The notes beneath the pieces are model-generated. The model ran no database searches. It saw nothing but the letters and a program-made list of their open reading frames with translations, and was not told where the DNA came from. Both the position numbers and the translations under genes were made by a program. From positions 1-56,648 of the IMG/VR virus record IMGVR_UViG_3300032225_002228: a stretch of DNA of 56,648 nucleotides; one strand, written 5' to 3'. Below, piece after piece: positions 48,263-55,339 of this stretch. The DNA is from a virus. Lineage: Duplodnaviria > Caudoviricetes. Position 1 is the first letter of the stretch; every line of letters starts with the position of its first letter.

Positions 48263-48292
48263 ATTTTATCATACACTACTAATTTTTGTCAA
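48263..48292 (-). promoter_or_regulatory. Sigma70-type promoter TTGACA-18-TAAAAT reading into non-coding DNA
   Basis: Consensus with extended TG. Confidence 0.65.
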
Positions 48293-48600
48293 GGTGAGAT
48301 ATATTCTATTGGCTTAGGTAACTCTCCATATGCATAACTAGGTAGACTAAGTTCATCATCCAATGCATATTCCTTTATCTTCTTACATACTCTGATTATT
48401 TCATATAGGTCACTTCTTACGATACCCGCCTCGTATCTACGAGATTGCATATAGATATAAGCAATGATTGTGTTCCACAATTTCTCGTGAATAACATAGG
48501 GCATAGACGACAGGCGGTGAACGAGGGAGACCTCGTTGTACCTATAATCTGCTAAATTACTTTCTAATGCTTCTAGTACCTTATCTTCTGGCAACTTCAT
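48289..48600 (-). CDS. Hypothetical protein
   Basis: AGGAG RBS and own promoter. Confidence 0.75.
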   Translation of the reverse strand: MKLPEDKVLEALESNLADYRYNEVSLVHRLSSMPYVIHEKLWNTIIAYIYMQSRRYEAGIVRSDLYEIIRVCKKIKEYALDDELSLPSYAYGELPKPIEYISP

Positions 48601-48626
48601 ATTTGCTCCTAACTGTAGGAAAGGCT

Positions 48627-48648
48627 ATTGTATCAGATGCCTCAGACA
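48627..48648 (-). promoter_or_regulatory. TGTCAG-box promoter TGTCTGAGGCATCTGATACAAT
   Basis: 22-bp repeat copy. Confidence 0.7.
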
Positions 48649-48998
48649 TACTGAGCGCTGGGTACCACAGAAACAAGTGGGTCATCAGAACGAACCACAA
48701 TACATGGAGCTTGAATGCCTTCAGGACAGATGCAGTAAATCATATGAGCCTTGCACTTCATGCAACCAGTAAAACGTACCTCTGTGTCCCATTTGGTCCA
48801 GCCCACCAATGCAAAGGATGGGCGGACAGGGGTGGATGAATAAGGAATCCAAGGGGTACCTAGTTTATGTTCCTTTTGAGAGTTAGGTTCATCAAATGTA
48901 CCATCATATGATTCAATAGCATGCTTCATAGCATCAGTAAATCGTCCACGTTCACCTACATTAAATCCTAGGCTACGCAAGTATTCTCGTTTAGTCAT
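48642..48998 (-). CDS. Lsr2-like DNA-binding protein with Cys-rich C-terminus
   Basis: REYLRSLGFNVGERGRF resembles the Lsr2 RGR AT-hook domain; CxxC..CxC. Confidence 0.65.
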   Translation of the reverse strand: MTKREYLRSLGFNVGERGRFTDAMKHAIESYDGTFDEPNSQKEHKLGTPWIPYSSTPVRPSFALVGWTKWDTEVRFTGCMKCKAHMIYCICPEGIQAPCIVVRSDDPLVSVVPSAQYV

Positions 48999-49348
48999 AC
49001 ATTGTACTCCGTTCCATGCTCATCTTCCCAATTTAGAAATAGACAATTGTCATCTACATAGAAATGAAAAACCTTGTCTTCGATTTGACTATTCATCCAA
49101 TCAAGAGCCAATGCGGATTCTTCCCACAATCCCTGCGAAACATCTGCTTGGTCTTCTAGGGATAAGTCGTCATATTCAGCCATATCTTTTTCTAATTGAA
49201 CTTCGTCTACATCGTATCCATAAGAAATTGCTAACTTGATAATGCTATATGAAAGTGTATTTCCACTTTCACTACCACAATCAATCCAGCAACCATACGC
49301 ATCTGGACTGATACTATCATTGATGTTACTCTTCAGATTGTTGTTCAT
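48995..49348 (-). CDS. Acidic hypothetical protein
   Basis: GGAG RBS. Confidence 0.7.
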   Translation of the reverse strand: MNNNLKSNINDSISPDAYGCWIDCGSESGNTLSYSIIKLAISYGYDVDEVQLEKDMAEYDDLSLEDQADVSQGLWEESALALDWMNSQIEDKVFHFYVDDNCLFLNWEDEHGTEYNV

Positions 49349-49532
49349 ATTTCTCCAATAGGCTCAGGGCGTTAAACGCCTCTTCCATGTCTGTATCAGG
49401 GTCAAAGTAGTCTACCACAATCATATCCTTTAAGTCAAGTTTTTGTTCGTCCAACATCATGGGGGCGGAACAAAGAATACCTTGTTTCATAAAGTAACCA
49501 ATGTTTCCTCCCTTAGGTGCTACTACTCTCAT
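49326..49532 (-). CDS. Hypothetical protein
   Basis: ATGA-coupled. Confidence 0.6.
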   Translation of the reverse strand: MRVVAPKGGNIGYFMKQGILCSAPMMLDEQKLDLKDMIVVDYFDPDTDMEEAFNALSLLEKYEQQSEE

Positions 49533-49753
49533 AGATTCCCCACCTTTGTTGTTTCATCAGATAATTTGGTAAGTGCAGCATTTAGCCAATCATATGCATT
49601 TGCATCTTCTTTTATTTCAGATGGATGTGTATGCCGGAACTTGCCTGTGGATGTATCATAGATAGTTCCATCTTTCAAGAAATAATCTTCCCTAGATAGA
49701 TAGTAGTGACCTGTATTTCTATTATATGCAACTACAAAGTGATGCTCAATCAT
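49529..49753 (-). CDS. Hypothetical protein
   Basis: Start MIEHHF with GGAG RBS. Confidence 0.6.
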   Translation of the reverse strand: MIEHHFVVAYNRNTGHYYLSREDYFLKDGTIYDTSTGKFRHTHPSEIKEDANAYDWLNAALTKLSDETTKVGNL

Positions 49754-49755
49754 TA

Positions 49756-50025
49756 TTAGTTGCTCCATTCTTCATAGGAATAAGAAGGCTTATAATCTTC
49801 AACATCATCTGCATACTCGCGGTCTACATACTCATCTTCATAGCCAGCGTCAATTGCCATTTGCCACACGATGCCAAGGGCATCGTTGTCGCCACTCTGT
49901 GCATTCTGCCACACATCGGCGGGAATAGAGCGAATGAACTCTTCATCACTAATAGGAATACTAATCTCATCTGTCTGTGAAACAATAACGTCCTTGTATT
50001 GCTTAATGTAGTAGTAGTTACTCAT
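49756..50025 (-). CDS. Acidic hypothetical protein
   Basis: Start MSNYYY with AAGGAG RBS. Confidence 0.65.
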   Translation of the reverse strand: MSNYYYIKQYKDVIVSQTDEISIPISDEEFIRSIPADVWQNAQSGDNDALGIVWQMAIDAGYEDEYVDREYADDVEDYKPSYSYEEWSN

Positions 50026-50212
50026 CTGCATTCTCCTTATACCATTTGGCGTATGTATGAACGGTGAAGTCATCTTCAGCATCTTGTGCATAGTCTAGCA
50101 CATGGGTCAGACACTCAAAGGTGTCCACATAGTTATCACGGTCATAAGAATCGACATAGACCTCATAGAACACACCACTAGGTCCTCCATCGATTTGGTA
50201 CACATCTAGCAT
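50018..50212 (-). CDS. Acidic hypothetical protein
   Basis: GGAGG RBS; coupled. Confidence 0.65.
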   Translation of the reverse strand: MLDVYQIDGGPSGVFYEVYVDSYDRDNYVDTFECLTHVLDYAQDAEDDFTVHTYAKWYKENADE

Positions 50213-50391
50213 CAGAGTTCGTCCTCCCAGTCAAGTGGTTCCACATTGGATGCAGTCCAATTTTGATATGCAACGCATAGTGTTTCCCACAAATCAGACC
50301 ATTGCTCATCAGTGAGCGGAACAGAGTCGGGGAAGTCATGAAATCTATCAAATACCAATACATCTGGCGGGCAATTAGAAGGTGTATCCAT
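50212..50391 (-). CDS. Acidic hypothetical protein
   Basis: Start MDTPSN after AAGGAG RBS and promoter. Confidence 0.6.
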   Translation of the reverse strand: MDTPSNCPPDVLVFDRFHDFPDSVPLTDEQWSDLWETLCVAYQNWTASNVEPLDWEDEL

Positions 50392-50419
50392 TATCTCTCC
50401 TTTGTTGTAAGTAAGGCAT

Positions 50420-50441
50420 ATACTACCATACACCACTGACA
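50420..50441 (-). promoter_or_regulatory. TGTCAG-box promoter TGTCAGTGGTGTATGGTAGTAT
   Basis: 22-bp repeat copy. Confidence 0.75.
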
Positions 50442-50445
50442 CCGA

Positions 50446-50576
50446 TTCACTCAGGGTATCCTAAGTTCAAAATAGTTTCAAAATAAGATCGTAATGTCAT
50501 CGTAATGTCATCGTAATGGTGAATTTGCTATACATCGTAATGTTCGATTTGTCGCAAATGTCGGGCGGTGCCGCCC
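50446..50576. repeat. Intergenic cassette: CTCAGGGTATCCTAAG palindrome, 4x ATCGTAATG, GGGCGGTGCCGCCC
   Basis: ATCGTAATG at 50488, 50499, 50510 (11-bp period) and 50534; homologous to 55128-55220. Confidence 0.8.
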
Positions 50577-50587
50577 CAGCTCTTGAG

Positions 50588-50668
50588 TGCCTAACCTTGG
50601 AATCGAACCAAGCATACCGAATGGTGACGGTTTTACAGACCGCTTCCCCACCTTGGGGACTGTTAGGC
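50588..50668 (-). tRNA. tRNA-Tyr(GUA)
   Basis: GCCTAAC/GTTAGGC acceptor; GCGGT-CTGTAAA-ACCGT; long variable arm; TTCGATT. Confidence 0.82.
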
Positions 50669-50673
50669 GCGCA

Positions 50674-50695
50674 GGTGGGGGCTTTCGCCCCCACC
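50674..50695 (-). terminator. GC hairpin (GAAA loop on -) after the DUF932 gene
   Basis: GGTGGGGGC-GAAA-GCCCCCACC. Confidence 0.55.
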
Positions 50696-50701
50696 CTTAG
50701 A

Positions 50702-51682
50702 TTAGACTAACACCGACTTTACAATCGTGAGCAGGTTGTTCTTTTTAGCATTGTGCAAGTCATCCATGCCGCTAGCCTTGATAGCAATAGCCTCTGTGTT
50801 ATCCTTGCGCGGATTGGAGAAATAGTCCAAGTGTTCAGTCAGAGTTTGGTATGCACCCCAAGCCGTTCCTGCAATCATGATGTTTGTGGGGGCTGTGTAT
50901 AGGTCTTGCAACAAGTCCTGCTTAGTCTCCCACTTTTTCATGCTACCCTTTGCATCCTTGTCAGGCATTGGGAATGCGCGAACAACAATCTCATCAAACT
51001 GTGCTTTGGTGATTTCTGTCTCAATGAGAGCCTGAGCCTCTGCCTCAAACGCATCCATCCATCCATGAAGACGCAACATACCATCACGAGCATCTGCAAT
51101 ACGAGAAATTGCAGACTCGGTGTGGCGAATAGTAAATCGCTGTGAGCAATCTCCAAGAGCGATAGCCTGCGTGTTAGCGCAAACAACGCGGGTCGGGGTA
51201 ATCATTCCACTAATGGCAAGTGAACCATCGTGTGAAGTGTTAGCCACAAGATAGGTCTTGATTACATCTGCAACGCCTGTCGGGTCAAGAACAACCTCGC
51301 GGTCAAGGGCAGCAGTAGCAAATACCTGTGTGCCATTCTTGATAGAACCGATGGTCTCAATACGCAAGCCTAATTGACCAAGCCAATCAAGTGCGTCTTC
51401 GTTTTGGATTTCCTGATACTTCTTGCCGTTGATAGCAAGCACATCGGGATTTCCTGTTTCAGGATTGTCGCGCACCATCATAAACTTCTGAATCTTGGTG
51501 CTGTATCCATCTGGATAAACGACAGGCTCTTGACGAACATTCCAGCCTGACACCTTTGCGATGTCCATGCCCTCTTGTAGGGTGAACTCGTCAGTCAAGA
51601 CTGTGCCAAGTTTGTGCCATGCCTTCTCGCGCAACGAAACGAATGAAGCCTGACCATTTACGATTTCTAACTCGTGTGACAT
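50702..51682 (-). CDS. DUF932-family protein
   Basis: MSHELE, AWHKLG, QNEDA, SHDGS, TPTRVVCANT, IRHT, GTAWGAY. Confidence 0.85.
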   Translation of the reverse strand: MSHELEIVNGQASFVSLREKAWHKLGTVLTDEFTLQEGMDIAKVSGWNVRQEPVVYPDGYSTKIQKFMMVRDNPETGNPDVLAINGKKYQEIQNEDALDWLGQLGLRIETIGSIKNGTQVFATAALDREVVLDPTGVADVIKTYLVANTSHDGSLAISGMITPTRVVCANTQAIALGDCSQRFTIRHTESAISRIADARDGMLRLHGWMDAFEAEAQALIETEITKAQFDEIVVRAFPMPDKDAKGSMKKWETKQDLLQDLYTAPTNIMIAGTAWGAYQTLTEHLDYFSNPRKDNTEAIAIKASGMDDLHNAKKNNLLTIVKSVLV

Positions 51683-51713
51683 TATTTCTCCTTAGTTGGT
51701 GTTTGATAGCGCA

Positions 51714-51735
51714 AGCATACCATACGGGTCTGACA
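51714..51735 (-). promoter_or_regulatory. TGTCAG-box promoter TGTCAGACCCGTATGGTATGCT
   Basis: 22-bp repeat copy. Confidence 0.75.
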
Positions 51736-51812
51736 AGCATTACATCGGGGGGGTCTTAATAGATCGCAAATTGAGAGAATAGGGGCGGTGGCGCGGGAAC
51801 CATAGAACACAA

Positions 51813-51839
51813 AGGGGACAGGTGGCGAACCTGTCCCCT
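51813..51839 (-). terminator. Intrinsic terminator
   Basis: AGGGGACAGG/CCTGTCCCCT stem, TTTGTGTT tail on -. Confidence 0.65.
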
Positions 51840-51852
51840 CCATACTAGAGAT

Positions 51853-52032
51853 TTACTTCTTGCGTGAGTTAGGCGCAGGCTTAGCACTCTTGAGTGCGGT
51901 AAGCGAAATGTTATCGACAAATCGTCCCTGCTGACGAACGACAACGCGCTCTGACACAGAGCCATCGGGCATACTCCACTTCTCCAAGTAGGAGTAGGAC
52001 TTTGCGGGGGACTTCTTAGATGATTTACTCAT
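51853..52032 (-). CDS. 59-aa basic protein (not in ORF track)
   Basis: AAGGAG RBS; MSKSSKKSPAK...VVVRQQGRFVDN. Confidence 0.65.
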   Translation of the reverse strand: MSKSSKKSPAKSYSYLEKWSMPDGSVSERVVVRQQGRFVDNISLTALKSAKPAPNSRKK

Positions 52033-52056
52033 GTTATTCTCCTTGTGTTTGTTTGA

Positions 52057-52215
52057 TTAGTTTAGTGCGTTATTTAGTGCGATTGTCATTTGCGCAAAGA
52101 TTGAAACTAGAGAGTCATTCAATTCTCCGTCCAACTCATCATGTTCTTCTATAAAGTCTTGAAGTAATTCAAGTGCGTATTCCATTGCATCGGAATAACC
52201 TTCTTGGTATGTCAC
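52057..52215 (-). CDS. Small acidic protein
   Basis: GTG start after GGAGGTG; TYQEGYSDA. Confidence 0.55.
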   Translation of the reverse strand: MTYQEGYSDAMEYALELLQDFIEEHDELDGELNDSLVSIFAQMTIALNNALN

Positions 52216-52216
52216 A

Positions 52217-52411
52217 TTACACCTCCCCAACAATGCGAATAATGTCTGCATGACCAATTTTGCTTAGAAAATAATCAAGTTTCCATTTCTCAGTGACGAC
52301 AACATCAAAAACAGAAGTATCTTGCCTAGTAATAGGCAAACCCATAATCTCCGCTTCTGTTGATGCTACCGCCATGTCTGAACAATTATTTACTTTTATT
52401 GTTACAATCAT
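52217..52411 (-). CDS. Hypothetical protein
   Basis: ATGA-coupled to upstream ORF. Confidence 0.55.
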   Translation of the reverse strand: MIVTIKVNNCSDMAVASTEAEIMGLPITRQDTSVFDVVVTEKWKLDYFLSKIGHADIIRIVGEV

Positions 52412-52539
52412 TGAGTACCCCAATCTTTGTATTTTGGCTTTTTGTAGCCCCCCGATTTGATGGGTTTTTCGTGTTCACGACTTGTGTTCCAAGACTTGCC
52501 CTTGGGCTTTTTGCGTTGTGGCTTGCGCTCTTGTGTCAT
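52408..52539 (-). CDS. 43-aa Lys-rich protein (not in ORF track)
   Basis: MTQERKPQRKKPKGKSW...; starts 6 nt after a -10 (leaderless). Confidence 0.5.
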   Translation of the reverse strand: MTQERKPQRKKPKGKSWNTSREHEKPIKSGGYKKPKYKDWGTQ

Positions 52540-53270
52540 AGCACTACATTACCACTTTCGGAATATGTTGTCAAGCGTTTAGACATTTCTTCTAGTTCTG
52601 CCGCCGTAGGCGTGGGGCAATCATCAAAGAGATAGTCCAATTCCCATTTACCATTTGCTTTGTCATAGTAAATGTTGTCGCAAGCGTGACAATAACCCTT
52701 GCGTTCCATAAGTTCTACATGGCTATCGGGAATGTCCCACTCTTCTTTTTGGAGAACATTATCGCCTTGTAGTGTTACATCACCACCCCAGCCCTGTTCC
52801 TCTTCATACTCAATGTTGATAATCAAGTCGGGGTATTGCTTGGCTAGTTTCTCAATGGCTTCTAGTGGGGGACTCCAAGGGGTATCAAACTTGTAGGAAA
52901 TTGTGAGAGTACCAGCAAGTTCTATGTCGTCTAGCATTTCTACATCACCTGCGTCCCACTTGCAACCCCATTCACGCACATTCCAATGCCACCAATCTCC
53001 ACCTTCTGCAAGAGCCTTTGTGTATGACTCGGTAAAGTTATCTAGGTCTACCTTGTGTGTTGGTTCACCCCAATAAGTGTCAAGGTCGGTGGGGGAAATG
53101 ATGTTCCAGAAAGAGAAGGCAGACTCATGCACATCTTTTACATTCTGAACACCATCTTTGGTCATTGTCCTGTGGTTGGTTTCATACGGTTGTGCAAGTT
53201 TCTCCCTGACTTCATTCACCAAGTCGGTGGAACCTGTGATGGACAAGTTATTGAATACCCAATTAGGCAT
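52536..53270 (-). CDS. DUF1281/YubB ferredoxin-like domain protein
   Basis: MPNWVFN.L, WWHWNVREWGCKWD, FDTPWSPP, YPDL...YEEE. Confidence 0.8.
   Translation of the reverse strand: MPNWVFNNLSITGSTDLVNEVREKLAQPYETNHRTMTKDGVQNVKDVHESAFSFWNIISPTDLDTYWGEPTHKVDLDNFTESYTKALAEGGDWWHWNVREWGCKWDAGDVEMLDDIELAGTLTISYKFDTPWSPPLEAIEKLAKQYPDLIINIEYEEEQGWGGDVTLQGDNVLQKEEWDIPDSHVELMERKGYCHACDNIYYDKANGKWELDYLFDDCPTPTAAELEEMSKRLTTYSESGNVVL
52546..52574 (-). promoter_or_regulatory. Sigma70-type promoter TTGACA-17-TAATGT
   Basis: Consensus -35 and TG extension. Confidence 0.6.
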
Positions 53271-53523
53271 TGTTGTTCTCCTTAGTAGTTGATGAGGTCA
53301 TACTATCAGAAGGGTCTGACATTGGCTCATAGTAATTCAGTAATGACTGCATAGCGCCCCAACCTAATGAAATACATGCATTTTCCAAGTCTTCGGCAAT
53401 AGAGTCAATGGCATCTATGCATTGCTCATCAGTCCATTCAGGGTAGAGTGATTTTACATCTAGCGCACACCATGAGATGTTGGCTACTGGATTGGTCATT
53501 TGGTCTAACATTTGTTCTGACAT
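53263..53523 (-). CDS. Hypothetical protein
   Basis: AAGGAG RBS and own promoter. Confidence 0.7.
   Translation of the reverse strand: MSEQMLDQMTNPVANISWCALDVKSLYPEWTDEQCIDAIDSIAEDLENACISLGWGAMQSLLNYYEPMSDPSDSMTSSTTKENNNA
53300..53321 (-). promoter_or_regulatory. TGTCAG-box promoter TGTCAGACCCTTCTGATAGTAT
   Basis: 22-bp repeat copy inside the 3' end of the upstream ORF. Confidence 0.75.
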
Positions 53524-53550
53524 TTATTCTCCTTTGTTGTTGATGAGGAC

Positions 53551-53572
53551 ATCCTACCACATGGGTCAGACA
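53551..53572 (-). promoter_or_regulatory. TGTCAG-box promoter TGTCTGACCCATGTGGTAGGAT
   Basis: 22-bp repeat copy. Confidence 0.75.
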
Positions 53573-53808
53573 GAGGTTGCATCGGGGTCTAAGTGATAGG
53601 TGACGGGAAGTGGGAATACCTGAAAACCTTCATCTTGATTAGTAGTGTCTAAAAACTTTGTAAAGGCATCACTAAAAATAATTGCATCAGCAATTTCTTG
53701 CTTCCACTGCCAATCTTCCATTTCTACATTAGCCATTTCTCTGACAAAATTATCAAGAGAAATAGTAACTCTTAGGGGAATACTTACCTCTACTACACGA
53801 TTTTCCAT
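53566..53808 (-). CDS. Hypothetical protein
   Basis: AAGGAG RBS; stop codon supplied by the TGTCTGA box. Confidence 0.7.
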   Translation of the reverse strand: MENRVVEVSIPLRVTISLDNFVREMANVEMEDWQWKQEIADAIIFSDAFTKFLDTTNQDEGFQVFPLPVTYHLDPDATSV

Positions 53809-53832
53809 TTTATCTCCTTTTCTTGTAAGGTA

Positions 53833-53854
53833 ATCTTATCATAACCCTCCGACA
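53833..53854 (-). promoter_or_regulatory. TGTCAG-box promoter TGTCGGAGGGTTATGATAAGAT
   Basis: 22-bp repeat copy. Confidence 0.72.
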
Positions 53855-53866
53855 TCTGCAAGTCGC

Positions 53867-53909
53867 ATCGTAATGCCTAGATTCTCTCAAAGAGGGGGCG
53901 GTGCCGCCC
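53867..53909. repeat. Cassette elements ATCGTAAT and GGGCGGTGCCGCCC
   Basis: Same order as at 50.5 kb and 56.25 kb. Confidence 0.75.
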
Positions 53910-53922
53910 TTGTAAAAGCAAA

Positions 53923-53949
53923 GAGGGGCAGGTGACCAGCCTGCCCCTC
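53923..53949 (-). terminator. Intrinsic terminator
   Basis: GAGGGGCAGG/CCTGCCCCTC stem then TTTGCTTTT on -. Confidence 0.7.
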
Positions 53950-53967
53950 CATTCACCCAACCGTCCT

Positions 53968-54411
53968 CTAGTAAGTTCCGTTATCAAACTCCTGAATGGT
54001 GTAGTCATCATACAGGGCAGTTCCATCACCATTGTAGTTGATAGTAACATCAAAGTCATGGTCTTCAATTTTTTGACCAAGTGGCACAGAAATGGTGGCG
54101 GTGTAAACAATAGTCATCTCAATCTCAACCTCTTTGTCAAGGTCAATGCCAAGTAGTTCGGCAATCTCTGAAAGTTCATCAGTAACTTCATCATTTTCTT
54201 CTGCGTATTCTAGAATGTAGTTTCGCACACTCTGAATGCTATCAAAGAGTCGCTTGTGTTCTAGTTCTACATTTTCCAAGCGATTCACTTTTACTGAAAG
54301 GTCATGTGCATTTACTGAGTATTCCTCGGGTGGTCGCACAGCCACTACATGTGGATTTTTGGCTAGCACGATACTAGCCTCGGGGTTGTAGGTGTATGTT
54401 GTGTCGTTCAT
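53968..54411 (-). CDS. Acidic hypothetical protein
   Basis: Start MNDTTY after GAAAGG RBS. Confidence 0.7.
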   Translation of the reverse strand: MNDTTYTYNPEASIVLAKNPHVVAVRPPEEYSVNAHDLSVKVNRLENVELEHKRLFDSIQSVRNYILEYAEENDEVTDELSEIAELLGIDLDKEVEIEMTIVYTATISVPLGQKIEDHDFDVTINYNGDGTALYDDYTIQEFDNGTY

Positions 54412-54443
54412 TGTTTTCCTTTCGGTTGGTTTGTGAGATTTGT

Positions 54444-54465
54444 ATCTTAGCATAGGGGTCAGACA
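54444..54465 (-). promoter_or_regulatory. TGTCAG-box promoter TGTCTGACCCCTATGCTAAGAT
   Basis: 22-bp repeat copy. Confidence 0.75.
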
Positions 54466-54677
54466 CTAATGTATTCGGGGTCTAGGTTTAGAACACACCA
54501 AGAGCCACCCTTATTCATTTCAGTCATGAAGGTAGAAAACTCGGGGGTATCAACAAGAGACAAGCCAACAAGTTTGACAATAGTCTCTTGGTCGTAAACA
54601 TTAGTCGCGTATTGGACAAGAGGGTGATTCTCGTCAAGTTCGGCAATCATTGGGATAGAGAAGTTTAGTTTGAGCAT
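54459..54677 (-). CDS. Hypothetical protein
   Basis: GAAAGG RBS; stop inside the TGTCTGA box. Confidence 0.7.
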   Translation of the reverse strand: MLKLNFSIPMIAELDENHPLVQYATNVYDQETIVKLVGLSLVDTPEFSTFMTEMNKGGSWCVLNLDPEYISV

Positions 54678-54706
54678 TTTGTGCCTTTCGGTTGGTTTGT
54701 GTGATT

Positions 54707-54728
54707 ATCTTACCATGAGGGTCTGACA
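54707..54728 (-). promoter_or_regulatory. TGTCAG-box promoter TGTCAGACCCTCATGGTAAGAT
   Basis: 22-bp repeat copy. Confidence 0.78.
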
Positions 54729-54737
54729 AGGGTATGA

Positions 54738-54775
54738 GTGGGGGAAGCGAGTCGTTAGGGTCGCATTTCCCCCAC
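54738..54775. terminator. Hairpin between cassettes
   Basis: GTGGGGGAA-GCGA...TCGC-TTCCCCCAC. Confidence 0.5.
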
Positions 54776-54785
54776 CCACACTAGA

Positions 54786-54944
54786 CTACTTTACAGTAGT
54801 CCAGCGGTCTTGACCATTGACATCAAGGCGAACACGGAATGAGCCATTCTGATTCTGAATGACTTCCTGAACAGTTCCAACCGTTTCAGACTTTTGAGTC
54901 GTGAACAGCGAGCCAACTGTCGGGGACTTGGTGAGATTTACCAT
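54786..54944 (-). CDS. Small SH3-like beta protein
   Basis: Start MVNLTK after AGGA; VGSLFTTQKS..VGTVQEV...RVRLDV..RWTT. Confidence 0.65.
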   Translation of the reverse strand: MVNLTKSPTVGSLFTTQKSETVGTVQEVIQNQNGSFRVRLDVNGQDRWTTVK

Positions 54945-54980
54945 TTTGCTTCCTATCGTTGTAGTTACTGTGATAAGCAC

Positions 54981-55002
54981 ATCTTACCACAAGGGTCTGA
55001 CA
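54981..55002 (-). promoter_or_regulatory. TGTCAG-box promoter TGTCAGACCCTTGTGGTAAGAT
   Basis: 22-bp repeat copy. Confidence 0.78.
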
Positions 55003-55010
55003 ACCCTTTG

Positions 55011-55083
55011 CGACTCTAGGGGGAAGTCGAACCCCCTCTACTACCGTGACAGGGTAGTGTGCGAACCTTTACACTATAGAGCC
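55011..55083 (-). tRNA. tRNA-Asp(GUC)
   Basis: GGCTCTA/TAGAGTC acceptor; CTACC-CTGTCAC-GGTAG; G73. Confidence 0.88.
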
Positions 55084-55101
55084 TTGTTTAGTTATAGGAG
55101 T

Positions 55102-55123
55102 ACTATACCATACCCCTCTGACA
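55102..55123 (-). promoter_or_regulatory. TGTCAG-box promoter TGTCAGAGGGGTATGGTATAGT
   Basis: 22-bp repeat copy; ends 18 nt before tRNA-Asp with no RBS in between. Confidence 0.8.
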
Positions 55124-55127
55124 TCGT

Positions 55128-55220
55128 TTCACTCAGGGTACCCTAAGTAATAAGTTCAAAAGTGATCTATGTCATATCGTAATCACTTGACAAGCACTAA
55201 GAGGAGGCGCTGTCGCCCCC
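55128..55220. repeat. Intergenic cassette, second copy: CTCAGGGTACCCTAAG, TTCAAAA, ATCGTAAT, GC box
   Basis: 19/20 match to 50446-50465 and same element order. Confidence 0.8.
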
Positions 55221-55228
55221 GATCTTTG

Positions 55229-55301
55229 TGCGCCATGTAGGACTCGAACCTACGACCTACGGATTAAAAGTCCGCAGCTCTACCAACTGAGCTAATGGCG
55301 C
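55229..55301 (-). tRNA. tRNA-Lys(UUU)
   Basis: GCGCCAT/ATGGCGC acceptor; GCGGA-CTTTTAA-TCCGT; TTCGAGT. Confidence 0.92.
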
Positions 55302-55339
55302 GTGGCGGGGTTTTTAGAGAGACCCCAAACTCTTTAGGC

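Noticed and set aside
50497-50710. ORFs on both strands across 50.5-50.7 kb
   Set aside because: They overlap tRNA-Tyr and the repeat cassette, with no RBS
33446-55301. tRNAs as prophage attachment sites or a host-phage junction
   Set aside because: No integrase, no duplicated tRNA 3' ends and no host housekeeping block; phage-type genes continue on both sides
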